Source: Torpedo marmorata
Lineage: Eukaryota
Length of the DNA stretch: 64,000 nucleotides
NCBI GenBank assembly: GCA_977017645.1
Contig: OZ360226.1
Location: 134,602,001-134,666,000, forward strand
Reading direction: 5' to 3'
The number at the start of each line of letters is the position of its first letter. Within the stretch, counting starts at the first letter, position 1. Shown here piece by piece: positions 24,942 to 37,830 of the stretch. Below the pieces are notes generated by a model, which saw only the letters and a list, made by a program, of their open reading frames with translations, was not told the DNA's origin and did no database searches. The translations under genes and the position numbers were made by a program.

Positions 24942-25135
24942 GCCTAACCCTAACCCTACCCTGAAACCACACACCTAACCTGATCCCCTCGCCTAACCCA
25001 AACCAGAACCCCACGCCTAACTCTAACCTGAACCCCACGCCTAACCCTAACCAGAACCCCAAGCCTAACCCTAACCAGAACCCCAACCATAGCCCTCACC
25101 CTTACCCTATCCCGAATCCCACACCTCGCCCTAAG
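24942..25135 (-). repeat. Degenerate telomere-like (CCCTAA) tract in copy B
   Basis: CCTAACCCTAACCCTA variants, mirroring 23667-23900. Confidence 0.85.
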
Positions 25136-26334
25136 GTGTGAATATAAGGTCACCCACTATGCAGACAATAAACTCACCCAGGACATATCAAAAAGCACAA
25201 CAAGTACCGACCGGAAAGGAAATAAGGCACTGATCCCACTTTGAGATAGAAACAGGCACAGGGTCATGAAAGCATGGGCCAACCAAAAGTGGCAGTTTAT
25301 AGTGACACAGAACCTCTGAGAGAGGAGACCAGTGAGGGATGATTATCCTGCTGCCCGCATATTGACAAACTAACCTGAACTCTAACCCTAGATTTGACAC
25401 TGGGTCTGCCAGATTGTGAGCAAGCTGGTCTGTGGGTTTGTCCTCAGTTTGAACAGTCTGAAGCCCACCGCCCCGCTCCCCCACCAACAGCCCGCCACCA
25501 GCCCCCAACGATAGGTAGCGGTGATTAGTAAGGGATTACTTAAGGTGGTATGTGAGTGGAAAGAAAAAGTTTGAAATCCACTTCTATAGATCAATATTTG
25601 CAGTAGATTTTCCCACGCTCTTTTATAAATTGTGCGTATGTTTTATTAAATTGTGCGTGTATTTTCCCATGCTCCTTTATACATTGTGCGCGTATGTCTT
25701 ATTAAATTGTGCGCGTTTTTTCCCACTCTCTTTCATAAATTGTGCGCGTGTGCTTTATTCCCGCTACGATTTTCCCACGCTCTTCTATTAATTGTGTGTT
25801 AATAAAAATAACGTTTGATAGCAAACCCTTGTGTCCAGACTTGGCTCTCACGGACCTGACACTTTCTCAACACAACAATGACCAGTGCGGGGACCGACAG
25901 CGTTACTGTTGGCGTTACTCACCATTATCACCCTAATTTCAACCTGGCATATAAAACCGGGGGAATATTTTTGAGCCATTTTTTGGGAAAAACAAGTGGG
26001 TCTAACATGCCGTCAAATACGGTATGTTATACGTGACATTAGACGCAGATGCCGACGCTGTTGAGTTACACGTCCCACCTCTTTTGTTCGCGGAATGCTG
26101 GTATGCTGTATAAAAAGGTGGACAGATATGGAAAATTGCAGGTTTTGGTCGTTCCAGTGCAAACGGCCAATGCCGGCATATTGGAGGCTCTTCATAACGG
26201 AAAAATCGTGCGAATGCTGTGTAAAAAAACACATTTGACAGGCACATGGATGTAAGAGGGTTATGGGTGTGAGATAGAGAAGGATTGGATTGTTGTGGAG
26301 TAAGTTTACATCGGTTGGCACAACATGTTCTATC

Positions 26335-27510
26335 ATCCCCTATCTTCCCCCATCTTTCTGTGATCACAGGGAAAAGTCCCAGTTTATCCAATCTCCCGTT
26401 ATAACTCAAGTCTGCCAGTCTCAGTAACACGCTCATGAATCTTTTCTGATCCTTTCCAGCTTAAATTGACATTGCTTTTATTGCTGGGTGACCAGGACTG
26501 CGCATAATACTCCAGATGATGACTCTCAATGTCTTGCACAGTTGTAAATGATACCTCAACTCCTGTCTTCAATGCCCTGATCGAGGAAAGCAATTAGACC
26601 AGAAACCACTTTCATCATCCTCTCTACCTGTGTGTACAATTTCAGAGAACTATGTACCTGCACCCCTTGGTCTCTTATTCTACGACAATCTCCAGGGCCC
26701 TACCAATTACAGTGCTGTAAAGTTTTGCCTTGGTTTAACATACTAAAATACAACACTTCAAATTTGTCTGAGTTTAATTCCACCTGTCTTTCTGTGGCCC
26801 ACTTTCCTATTATATCACTAATTTTGATGTCATCCATAGATTTAACAACAATGCCAACTACTCTGTAATCCAAGTTGTCAATGTAGATGACAAACAACAG
26901 TGAACCAACACTGATCCCTATGGCATACCACTGGTCACTGAGTAGGGCAACGAGTATAAGAGTAAAGAAGTCTCCTGTAGCTATATGAAACTGGTTGGAC
27001 TGCACTTGAAGTATTGTGCGCATTTCTAGTTGCCCCATTGCGGAAGAATATGGAGGCTTTGGAAGAGGTTTACCAGGATGTTGCTGAGATTGAAGGGTAT
27101 CACTTATGGGGAAAGGTTGGACAAACTTGATTTGTTTTCTCTGAAGGAGGTTTAAAAAATTGAAAGGCATTGATAGGGTAGATGGTCAAAATCTTTTTCC
27201 TTGTGTAAAAATGTCACATACTGCAGGACGTGCATTTAAGGTGAGGGTGAGAAAGTTTAAAGATGATGTGTGGGACAATTTAATTTACGTTGAATGGTAG
27301 GTGCCTGGAACAGTCCGCTATGAGTAGTGGTGGAAGCAGATATGATGGCAGGGTTTAAGAGACTTCTGGATAGACGCGTGAATGTGCGGGAAGAAGAGAG
27401 ATATGTATCCTGTGCAAGCAGCAGAGTTTTAGTTTCACTTGGGCAACATGTTCTGTGCAGACATGTGGACAGAATGGCCTGTTCCTGTGCTATTCTATGT
27501 TCTATGTAAC
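26335..27510. mobile_element. Two divergently oriented CR1 fragments (minus ~26335-26940, plus ~26941-27510)
   Basis: Minus frames give LLFVIYIDNLD..KSMDDIKI and HLEYYAQSWSP. The plus part ends in a CTATGTTCTATG tail. Confidence 0.7.
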
Positions 27511-27645
27511 TTTTAAAGCAGATGTGAGCCTTTTTACTCAGAGCTGTATGAAACAAAATGAATACCAATTGCAAGAGTTGCAAGCAGGAAGAGGTGGTGC
27601 TGTTTTAATACTTGCATTTGTGTTAGTGATGGGACCATATTTGGA

Positions 27646-27992
27646 TTAATGCTGTACACCATAATGCTGTAGAAACTCAGCAGGTCTCAGGTCACACAGC
27701 ATTAATAGAAAGTAAAAGGCAGTTGATGTTTCGGATCTGAGCCCTTCTTCAGGAATATCGAAAATCAGGAAGATGTCAGAATAAAAAAGTGGTGGTCGGG
27801 GGTGGGGGGGAGGTGTTGGTGGTGCCTGGGCTGAGAACTTGAGAGCAGTGGGGATAACAGAAGAGCAGCAGTGAGACAGACTCTCACAGAACTCCCTTCG
27901 AAGAGAGGAGAACTTCTCAGGAAGGCGCCAATCGACGAGACTTCGCAGTGGAGCAGCCAAGTGGAGGCAAACAAGAAAATCTGCAGATGCTT
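27646..27992 (-). mobile_element. Penelope terminal-repeat remnant with a hammerhead-like core
   Basis: Minus strand reads CCTGAAGAAGGGCTCAGATCCGAAACATC then CCTGCTGAGTTTCT, like the Penelope end at 56280-56390. Confidence 0.65.
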
Positions 27993-30900
27993 GGACGAGT
28001 GTGTGTCATCATGGGTGTGTTTGAAGTAATCTGCATTTTCTCATAAATTTCTTTTTTTCTCTCCTTTTGCAGAATATATTCTTTTCCGATCCTAAGTTGA
28101 CCCTTCACTGCAGCGGTGAGAGAGCGCACACTTTCAGAGGCGCGTTTCTTTGCATTGCATGTTAAATTAAGATCCCCAATGCATTTCTTCAGAAATATTT
28201 TGAAGAGAAGCTGGAAAATTTTCCCTTGGTCAGTATGTACCTCCCAATTCTGAAACTGATAGAGCATGGAAACAGGCCCTTCGACTCAACTTGCCCACGC
28301 TGACCAAAATGTCCCATCCACATTTGTCCCACCTGCCTATGTTTGACACACATCCGTCCAATTTTTTTTCTGAAACGTTGCAATAGCACCTGCCTCAACC
28401 ACCTCCTCCGCATCCCTTTTGTTTTGTTTTTTTGAATGTTTTATTTTTTTCATTTTTCACAAAAAGATTAACAATTTAAACATAATCGTACAATTTCCAA
28501 TTGTATACAACATTATTTTAAAATTTCCCTTCCCTCCCCCCCCAACTAAAGAGGGAAAAAAAACAAAAAACAAAGCCTAAAAAATAGAAATTACAAATAA
28601 AAGAAAAGAAAATTAAACGTACCGTCAGTGCTTACATTGCTTTTCCCATCTTTTTGGAGATGTCACACCATTAATTTGCTATACATTACATTTTATTGTA
28701 CCTTGGAGTTTGACTTATAAGTGGGCCCCAATGTACTCCAGATATGGTTGCCACACGTTAACAAATGTATCGTATTTATTCCTGATACTATATGTAATTT
28801 TCTCCATGGGAATACAGCTGTGCATTTCTGTTGACCATCGAGTGATAAGAAGGGGGGAGTCGGACTTCCAAGTTATTGCTATACATTTCTTTGCCACGGA
28901 CAAAGCAACCTTTACGAATTGAATTTGAAATTTAGATAATTTATAGCTTATGTCCATTAAATTTCCTAAAAGATACAACTCCGGGTCCAGCGGAAAGTTT
29001 ACCCCTGTAATTCTGGTTAGTGTATTAGATATATCATGCCAAAAGGGGCGCACCTTTACGCAGGACCAAGTGGAGTGCAGAAAAGTTCCAGTTCCTACAC
29101 CACATCTGAAGCACATCTCCGATATTTCGGGTTTAGACTTATGTAACTTTTGTGGTGTAAGATATAATTGGTGTAAGAAGTTATACTGGATCAGTCTGTA
29201 TCTGGCATTAATAACTACCGTCATACTATGCCTACACCAGTCTGACCAGCAACGTTCGTGAATTGTACCCAGGTCCGACTCCCACCTCTCCATCGACCTA
29301 TCTATGCCTGGTTTAGGGCTTTCACTCTGTAAAACAAAGTACATTCTGGATGTAAATTTGAGTGAGTTTCCCAGTCGAAGTATCTGCTCCACCTCGTTGC
29401 TAATAGGTGGGGTCATTGTAGGGCCCCACCTTTCTCGCAAAAAGGATCTTAATTGGAGAAAACAGTAAAAGGTTCTATTAGACAAATCATATTTATCTCT
29501 AAGTTGTTCAAAGGACATGAGTTTTCCATTGTGATAGCAATCCTCAATATAACGAATCCCCTTTTGGTACCAATTTTCCCATATTTTGTTGCCCAGAATC
29601 ATGGGTATAAGTTCGTTTTGAAACAGGTGTATTGGGAGATATTTCAACTTTTTCTCCAATACAGTCGTTAAGTTCTTGCCAGATCTTAACCATATGCTTC
29701 AGAATGGGATTATCCGTTCTTTTGGATATTAGCTTGGTATTCCATATGTAAACAAAATCTTTAGCTATTTTCTCCCCTATAGCGTTTAGTCTAATTTGGA
29801 CCCATGGAGGGGTATCACCCTCTTCAAAAAAGGTTGGAAGAAACCTCGACTGGGCTACTAAATAGTACTTCTTAAAATCCGGTAATCGTAAACCCCCCAG
29901 TTTATAATCCCACGTCATCTTTTCCATGGAGATTCTAGAAACTTTGCCATTCCAAATAAACTGTCTTACACATCCATTGAGTGTTTTAAAAAAGGTTTGC
30001 GGCAAAGGTATAAGTAAAGATTGAAAGAGATATTGGAGTTTCGGCATCACCACCATTTTGATACAGTTTACCCTGCCCACTAATGTGATGGGCAGGCTTC
30101 TCCATCTAAGTAAATCATCCTCGATCTTTCCAAGCATCGGGAGGTAGTTAAGTTTGTACAAATTCTGTAAATTATTGTCAATCATTATTCCTAAATATTT
30201 CATACCTTCTAGTTGCCATTTAAAGCAACTCCCCTGTTGATATTTCCTATGGTCAAATTTCTTAAGTGGTATAATTTCACTTTTGTCTATATTTATTTTG
30301 TAACCTGAAATCATTCCATAATCCTCCAGTGTAGTCTGCAATTTGGTCAAAGACTCAGCCAGGTCTGTTAGGTAGAACAATACATCATCTGCAAACAGGT
30401 TAATCTTGTGTTCCACCTGATCCACCTTGAAACCCTTTATTTCTGGATCCCTCCTGATAGTTTCCGCCAAAGGTTCGATTGCTAGCACAAAAAGCCCTGG
30501 AGACAGTGGACAACACTGCCTGCTAGATCTACTCAATGAAAATGTCGACGATATTTGCCCATTTGTTATAATTTTGGCCCGGGGTTTATGATAAAGTGTT
30601 TTTACCCATTGAACAAATGATTGTCCAAGTCCAAACTTTTCGAGTACTTTAAATAAAAAAGGCCATTCCAACCTATCGAAAGCCTTTTCCGCGCCTAAAG
30701 ACACGGCTATGCTTGGGTCTATTTTGGGTTGTGCCAAATGTATTATACTAAGTAGTCTACCCAAGTTATTGGCAGAGTGTCTCCTCTTCACAAACCCAAC
30801 TTGGTCTGAATTTATCAATTTTGGTAAATATTGACCTAGTCTGTTAGCCAATGCTTTGGCTATTATCTTGTCATCAGCATTTAGTAATGAAATAGGTCTA

Positions 30901-31775
30901 TATGAGGACGGCTTTATTGGGTCTCTATTTTTCTTAGGTATGAACGTAATGATAGCTGTTGAAAAAGATTCCGGGAGAGTCTGTGTTTCTGCCGCCCGAT
31001 CGACCACATCCATAATAAGAGGCATCAACAAATCTTTAGAATTCGGGCGGGAAACCATCCTCCCCCAGTGATTTATTAGTTTGTAATGTACTCAAGGCTT
31101 TTTTGATATCCGCACTAGAGAAAGGGGAATTCAATTTCGCCTGATCATCTTGGTCCAATCTGGGCAAATCGACCTTGGACAAAAAATCATCTATCTTAGA
31201 TAAATCTTGAGGTAACTCCGATTTGTATAATTCTGTGTAGAACTGCTTAAATGTGTCATTTATCTCTCTTGGGTTATGTGTTATTTTATCTGGCCCTGAT
31301 TCAATTGCATTAATTATCCTGGATGTCTCTTCTGCTTTCAATTGCCAAGCCAGGACCTTATGGGCTCTTTCGCCCAGTTCATAATACTTTTGCTTGGTTC
31401 TCAAAATGGTTTTCTCCACCTGATATGTCGGCAAAGTATTGTATTTAAGTTTTTTGTTTACCAGAGTTTGGTATTTTTCCTTTGAGCCAGATTGTTGATA
31501 TTCCTTTTCCAATTCCAGGATTTCTCGTTCGAGATCATTTACTTCCACCAAATATTTCTTTTTAACATTTTTGGTGTACGAAATTATTTTCCCCCTTAAA
31601 TAAGCCTTCAAAGTATCCCATATTAAGAAACTATTATTAGTGGAGGGGCAATTTGTCTCACAGAACAAATTTATCTGACCCCTTATAAAGTTACAAAAAT
31701 CTGTCCTTTTCAACAGCGTAGGATTAAGGCGCCATCTATATACATTTGCCTGTTTTTCTGGGATTACTATAGATA

Positions 31776-32200
31776 AGCTGTTTCAAAGAAATGCATTGCT
31801 ATTACATGGAAATCTGATGTAGATTTAGGGTTAGAAAGATGGCATGCAGAACTTCGTTCAGCTATACCACTTGAAAAAATACTTATAATTTACGTAACAA
31901 ATATCATTTCTTTTTGGAAAATATGGAGCCCATATATAAAAACTGTGGGTCTAAGGATTTGAAGATCTCTGGATATCAGATCGGACGGGCGAACCTGTGT
32001 TCCACAATAAAATTATCTTATAGTTGTTCTTTTTAGTTTGACATTCTCCATACTCTATCTTTTTCTTTCTTTTTTTCTTTCTATATTAGAATAGTAAGGG
32101 TGGGAGGGAGGGGGGGGTGAAAATATATCACATGTATTTTGATAATTTTGCATTTTATAAATATGTATTATCGAGTGATTTAAAATAAAATATTTTTTAA
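31776..32200 (+). mobile_element. Nested L1 family A 3' fragment
   Basis: Closely matches 45290-45754 and interrupts the host endonuclease just after SDHAL. No clear TSD. Confidence 0.85.
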
Positions 32201-32537
32201 AAAGTGCATGATCTGATAATAGTCTAGCTCGGTATTCCGATTCGATCACTCTGCCTTCCAACTGTGCCGACATTAAAAAGTAGTCAATTCTGGTATAAGA
32301 ATCATGGGGTTTGAAATAAAAGGAGTAATCTCTGGCTTGTGGGTGCAACCATCTCCATGCATCTATTAGATTTAGATCTTTCATGAAGGTCATGGTGGTT
32401 TTGGCCGCCCTGGCCTTCGTTACTGTCTTTGCAGACTTATCCAGGATGGGATCCAGACAAAAATTAAAATCCCCTCCTATTAACACATTCTGTCTCCCGC
32501 CCCCCCCCCCCCCCGACACCTTCAGAAATATATCTTG

Positions 32538-32807
32538 TGACCCAGCAGCGATCCGTTCAGTTGTATTGGATAAGAAATATTAATGCCTTCTTTTCTATTT
32601 TTTTCTTTTAGTTTTTAGAAGGGGAGGGAATTAAGGGAGGGGAAGGGTGGAGGGTGGGCAACTTTATAGAGGGTGGGTTATGAGAGGGGTTAGATACACT
32701 GTAATACAAATTATGGTTTTTTTTAATGTACCGGAATTAATAATGTATACTACGTATGTTGTATTACTGTGAGAAAATTTAAAATTTAAAATAAAATATA
32801 AAAAAAA
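32538..32807 (+). mobile_element. Nested L1 family B 3' UTR with A-tail
   Basis: 14-bp TSD AGAAATATATCTTG at 32524-32537 and 32808-32821. Similar to the reverse complement of 8444-8740. Confidence 0.88.
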
Positions 32808-34640
32808 AGAAATATATCTTGCATAAAAATCTCATCATCAAAATTTGGTGCGTAGAGGTTCAGAAGTGTCCATGGTTCTGAGTAAATTTGACAATGTATC
32901 ATCACAAATCTCCCAGCTGAGTCAATAACCGTATCATCCACTGCCACTGGAACCTTTTTATTTATTAAAATAGCCACCCCCCTAGCCTTGGAATTAAAAG
33001 AAGACGCGATCACCTGTCCCACCCAATCCCTTTTCAATTTGGTATGTTCCTTATTCGTAAGGTGAGTTTCCTGTAGAAAAACTATATCCGCTTGTATTTT
33101 TTTAACGTGTGCCAGAACTCTTTTTCTTTTTATGGGCCCATTTAATCCATTGACATTAAAACTAATAAATTTAATGGTCTTATTCATTGTAGTATTTCCA
33201 CATTGTTATATTACTTTCTTAAATCCTTCGTTCATTTCTTCCTCGGTGTGCGTTCTCCATTACAAAATAACCCGTATGTTTCCCCTGCACTGACGGTGAC
33301 GTAAACAGAAAACCCCAAAAGCCCGTGAAAAAAGGCTGCGGAACAAAAAGAAATACCCTCCCCTTTGCTTCAGCGCCATCTTGCAAGATACCTCGTCCCC
33401 TGGCGCCATCAACCCCCTTAAACCGGGGTACAGTTCGTACCCGTTCTACCATAGCTTCCCAGCCATTCCCAGGCTCCTCTTATATCTCTATAATATTCTT
33501 ATTTAAATAAAAAAGACGAGCCTAGGCAAACCCAACATTCTCGCAATTAAGTATTTAAAATTCAGCTCGTAGTCCCTCTTTTACCCAACGTCTCAGTATA
33601 GTTCTTTAACCGTCTTCAATCTTCGCTTCTTCTCCTCCCCTTCCGATCTTAGGATCTCTCCTTGAGACCCCGAATGAAATCCTCCGCCTCCCGAGGTGTG
33701 TTGAGGAACTTTCTCTCACCCTCTGGCAATTCCAGCCTCAGCGCCGCAGGATAGAGCATTGCATACGAAATGTTCTTTATCCTCAGCTGCCTCTTCACCG
33801 CATCATACTCCTTGCGACGTCTCACAAAGGCCGCACTAAGGTCCTGAAAGAAAAGAATCTTGACGCTGTCGAATTCGACGGACCCGCCTGTTTCTTCAGC
33901 GCGTGCCGCAGCCGCATGCAGAATATTTCTCCCGGTCCCGGTACCTCAGCAGGCGTACCAGCACCGGTCGCGGTCGCTGATCGGGTGATCTCCGGGGGCC
34001 GAGGGTCCGGTGGGCCCTCTCCACGTTCTTGTCCCAGAACTTCTGGGATCCATTTCTCAAAGAATCCCACCGGGTCTCTTCCCTCAGTCCCTTCCTTCAG
34101 TCCAATTATTGTGTCATTATTTCTTCTGCTGAAGTTCTCCATGTGGTCTAATTTGTCGAGGATCTCCTTTTTTTTCCAAGCTTCCCAGCCTGGTTTGTAT
34201 TGCCTCCGATGTCTGCTCCACCTTCTCCACACGGGAGGTCAAAATGATCATTGAGCTTTTAAGCTCTTTGATTGCATCGAGCACCTCCTTAAGACAAGTC
34301 TCCACTCTTCCAAATCTGCTGGCCAAGTTTCCCACAGCCTCCGTTATATCTGGGGATGAGTGTATCAACTCCCCACTTGTCTTCTTCTTGGCCAGCGCCA
34401 TTGCAGAGGCTTGCACTTCGCTGCTCCCGTGTGTATTTTCAATTGTCGAATCTGTTGAACTGGGAGATCCTCCTGTTTCCAAAAGTTGAGATTTATTTTC
34501 TTTACCGTTATATTAGTGTTTTTTTGCTTTAAATCAACGAGTTGGGAGCTTTAACTCGCTTTAAATTAAATTTAAACGGAGAGCCCAAGAATCCACGTCC
34601 TCCTAGCTGCTTCGCATCACGTTACCCTGCACATCCCTTT

Positions 34641-35961
34641 TGTGATGTGAGGATCCAGTTCAGCGAGTCCGAGAACCAACGAGTCTGGACACGAATTGAT
34701 TATAACAAAAGACCTTCATTCGCCATAGGGATCACACACACACACACACACACACACGCAGAGACACGCACACACACGCAGAGACAAACAAACACTCACG
34801 CAGAGAAAAAAACACGCAGAGACGCACACGCACGCAGAGACAAACACGCATGCAGAGACAAACACTCGCAGAGACAAACAAACACGCAGAGACAATCGCA
34901 CGCAGAGACACGCACACATGCAGAGAAAAACATGCACGCATGCAGAGACGCACACACAGAGAAAAACACGCACGCAGAGATGCACACACACAAATACACA
35001 CACTCGCACGCAGAGACGCACACGCAGAGAAAAACACGCACACAGACGCACGCAGAGAAAAACACGCACACGCAGAGAAAAATGCGCAGAGACACGCACA
35101 CACAGAGACACGCGGAGAAAAACGCACACGCAGAGACATGCACACACGCAGAGACACAGACGCGCGCAGAGGGACTCGCACGCAGAGATACTCGCACGCA
35201 GACACTCGCACGCAGAGACACTCACGCAAAGACACTCGCATGCAGAGATACTCGCATGCAGAGACACACGCAAAGACAGAGAGAGAGAGAGATACACGCA
35301 GAGATACACACAAAGAGACGCGCCCACGTGCTGAGACGTACATGCGCGCACACGATAAGCAATACAGCCGCATCGGATGCAACTAAACAATCAATACTCG
35401 CTACAACCGACAGATAGCTGTTACTCGCAGTTCCCATGGTTAAACTCACAGATGGCTGCTAATCACGGTTCCCACACTTAAATGTACAGATAGCTCCTAA
35501 TCACGGTTCCCACGGTAAAACATGCAGATGAAACAACCCATACCCACCACCCCAAGACCCGGTGTAGGTTCAGCACTATGATTAATTTGAAGTTGAGAAA
35601 TACGTCACAACAATAGTTTGTTAATGTGCACCACAATAAGCCCCCCACCCGTTACTGGCACACAACTTGGGATTGATTCTCCAGTGTCATCTCTGGCTCG
35701 TGACCTGGAGTGGAGCTCGGGTTCGTTCCTCAGGGAAAAGGGACACAGCTGTTCTACGTATTGGGCTTTATACCCCATGCCGGCCCAGCTCGGCCCAAAC
35801 TAGGGCAGATGATTAAAGGAGCCAGTGGCGATGTGTGTGTTCTTTTAAAGGGGCCAATGGCAAGGTGACTGCTCAGCGTGGGTGGTCCTGACCTTGATTG
35901 ACAGATGTGGTGGCTTCCGACCAGGTTCCTGCCGGAGAGGTCACATGACCATCCACACTAC
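34641..35961 (-). mobile_element. Probable solo-LTR-like insertion splitting a CR1 fragment
   Basis: TGTGATGTG start and ..ATCCACACTAC end form an imperfect inverted terminus. CR1 sequence stops at ~28410 and resumes at ~35963. No clean TSD. Confidence 0.45.
34733..35350. repeat. Compound CA-rich micro/minisatellite
   Basis: (CA)n grading into ~14-22-bp units with core CACGCAGAGA. Confidence 0.95.
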
Positions 35962-37147
35962 GCCATTCCAAACACTCGCCACCCTCTGTGTAAATTTTTT
36001 TTTTAAATTACCCCTCCGGTTCCTGTAAAATCTCTTGTGCCCCCCCCACCCCTTCACCTTATACCTATGTCCTCTGGTTATTCATTCCCCTACTCTGGGC
36101 AAAAGACTCTGTGTTCACCCAATCTGTTCCTCTCATGATTTTGTGTACCTCTGTGAGATCACCCCCATCCTCCTGTGCTCCAAGGAATAAAAACCTAGCC
36201 TGCTCAACCTCTCTCTGTAGCTCAGGCCACTGAGTCCTGGCAACATGTTTGTGATGATTGTCAGCTTGCTGCGTCTGTTCATGGATCAGTTCATTGGTGC
36301 TTGCTGTATGTTCTAATTCACTGACCTTTTAATGTTATAACAGTGATTGCAGTTCAACATTCCCTTGTCTGCACAATGCTTTGGCATGCTGAGATTATGA
36401 AATATAGCTTATATTTCCAGATGTTTGCCTAAATTCAGTGCAGCTCATTGACCTCTCTGTTAAATGAAAAGCGTCTATCCTTTCCCCTCCTCCACTAAAT
36501 GCATTTCAGAATTGTATGTAATGTAATTAATCTTCCCTTTGCTTACTCTATTTTAAAGAAGCTAACTCTATCCAACATCCTTCTGAAACTCTCTGCAGCC
36601 TTCACTTTTTACTCCTTGACTTCCCTAGGTAGCCTTAGGACAAATTATTGCAGCTTTGGGTAAAAATAACAGTCCAAAAATAACAGGAGAACGAGGTTTT
36701 TAAGTAACAAGGCATATGAAACAAACATTTTGTGGATACTGATATTTAAAACAGTTCATTTTAATTGAATATAATTAATTCATTTTAGTCATTTAGAATT
36801 TCAGTTTAACATTTGTTGGAGATCATTTTCTGTAATTTATGGAGAAACTAATCATGTGCAACCCCGTGGCCAGATCATGCAATTAGCACTACCAGATTGC
36901 ATAGACTATTTGCAGCACCATCTAGCACATTGTATCAGTTATTTCTCATTAACTACAAAATACTTCTTTATTTCTAAGTCATTTATATTTTGCTCTTTTT
37001 GCTTTCCAGTCTCGTCATTTTTTTCTCATTCATTTTCAGGTTGTTTTATGCAAGTTCATGGGAGCTGTCTCATTGATGGTCTTGTATCATATCAAAATAT
37101 CTCATTTAATCCACAAGAGCAGACTATGTTTCTTTTATGCATACTCA

Positions 37148-37830
37148 GGTCAAGTTTATTATCATCTGATTGCACAAGTACAACCCGACGAAACAGCGTT
37201 CTCCGGTCCTCGGTGCAAAACACGCAGACACACAACCAGACATAACACACATACAGCCAAACAATACACATGCAGGACAAATATTCATATATACAAATAA
37301 ATAAGTATTGTTTCATGAATATGAGAGTCTCGGATGGTTAATGTGAGCAGTTCCTTTGGTCGTTCAGCATTCTCGCTGCCTGTGGGAAGAAGCTGTTCCT
37401 CAGCCTGGTGGTGCTGGCTCCTGTATCTCTTTCCCGACAGGAGAAGCTGAAAGATGCTTTGTGCGGGGTGGAAGGGGACCTCAATGATTTTGCGCGCCCT
37501 CTTCAGTCAACGATCCCGGTAGATCACGTCGATGGGGGGAAGGGAGACTTCAGTGATCCTCTCTGCTTTTCTTATGGTCCTGTGGATTGACCTCCGATCC
37601 ATATCTCTGCAGCAACCGTACGACACTGTGATGCAGCCGGCCAGGACGCTCTCGATAGAGCTCCTGTAGACGGTTGACATAATGGTGGCCGGTAGCATTG
37701 CCCGCTTCAGTCTTCTCAGGAGGTGCAGTCACTGTTGCACCTTCCTGACAAGTGAGAAGATGTTGTGTGTCCACGATAGGTCACTAGTTAAGTGAACTCC
37801 AAGGAACTTGGTGTTCTCCACTGCAGAGTT
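37148..37830 (-). mobile_element. Rex1/Babar 3' fragment
   Basis: SIESVLAGCITVSYG..IDVIYRDR, tail GTCAAGTTTATT. Same subfamily as 17922 and 53112. Confidence 0.85.

Larger units (their letters stand above)
24376..26233 (-). mobile_element. Composite non-autonomous TIR element, copy B, inverted relative to A
   Basis: Ends TATGCTTTTTACACAGC and GCTGTGTAAAAAAACACA. Flanked by TTA and TTT inside a CR1 copy whose empty site reads CTCTTAGACAGG, consistent with a 3-bp TWA TSD with one mismatch. Confidence 0.7.
28423..34631 (-). mobile_element. Near full-length L1 family C, frameshifted, with two nested L1 fragments
   Basis: TSD CATCCCTTTTGT at 28411-28422 and 34632-34643. ORF1 remnants ~34482-33640 (ENFSRRNN.IIGLKEG). 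ORF2 33187-28715 with FLQETH, GGDFN, YRPISLLN, FADD and CFRC. Confidence 0.93.

Noticed and set aside
23667-25135. Convergent TTAGGG/CCCTAA tracts as an ancient chromosome end-to-end fusion
   Set aside because: The tracts are short, degenerate, ~1 kb apart and internal to two TIR-bounded copies, so element orientation explains the geometry.
23081-25936. Many ORFs inside the palindrome arms
   Set aside because: Low-complexity or repeat-derived, not conserved in frame between the arms, and no transposase motifs.
34542-35449. Long overlapping ORFs (up to 291 aa) on both strands
   Set aside because: Stop-poor translation of the CA-rich repeat (HT/CV runs).
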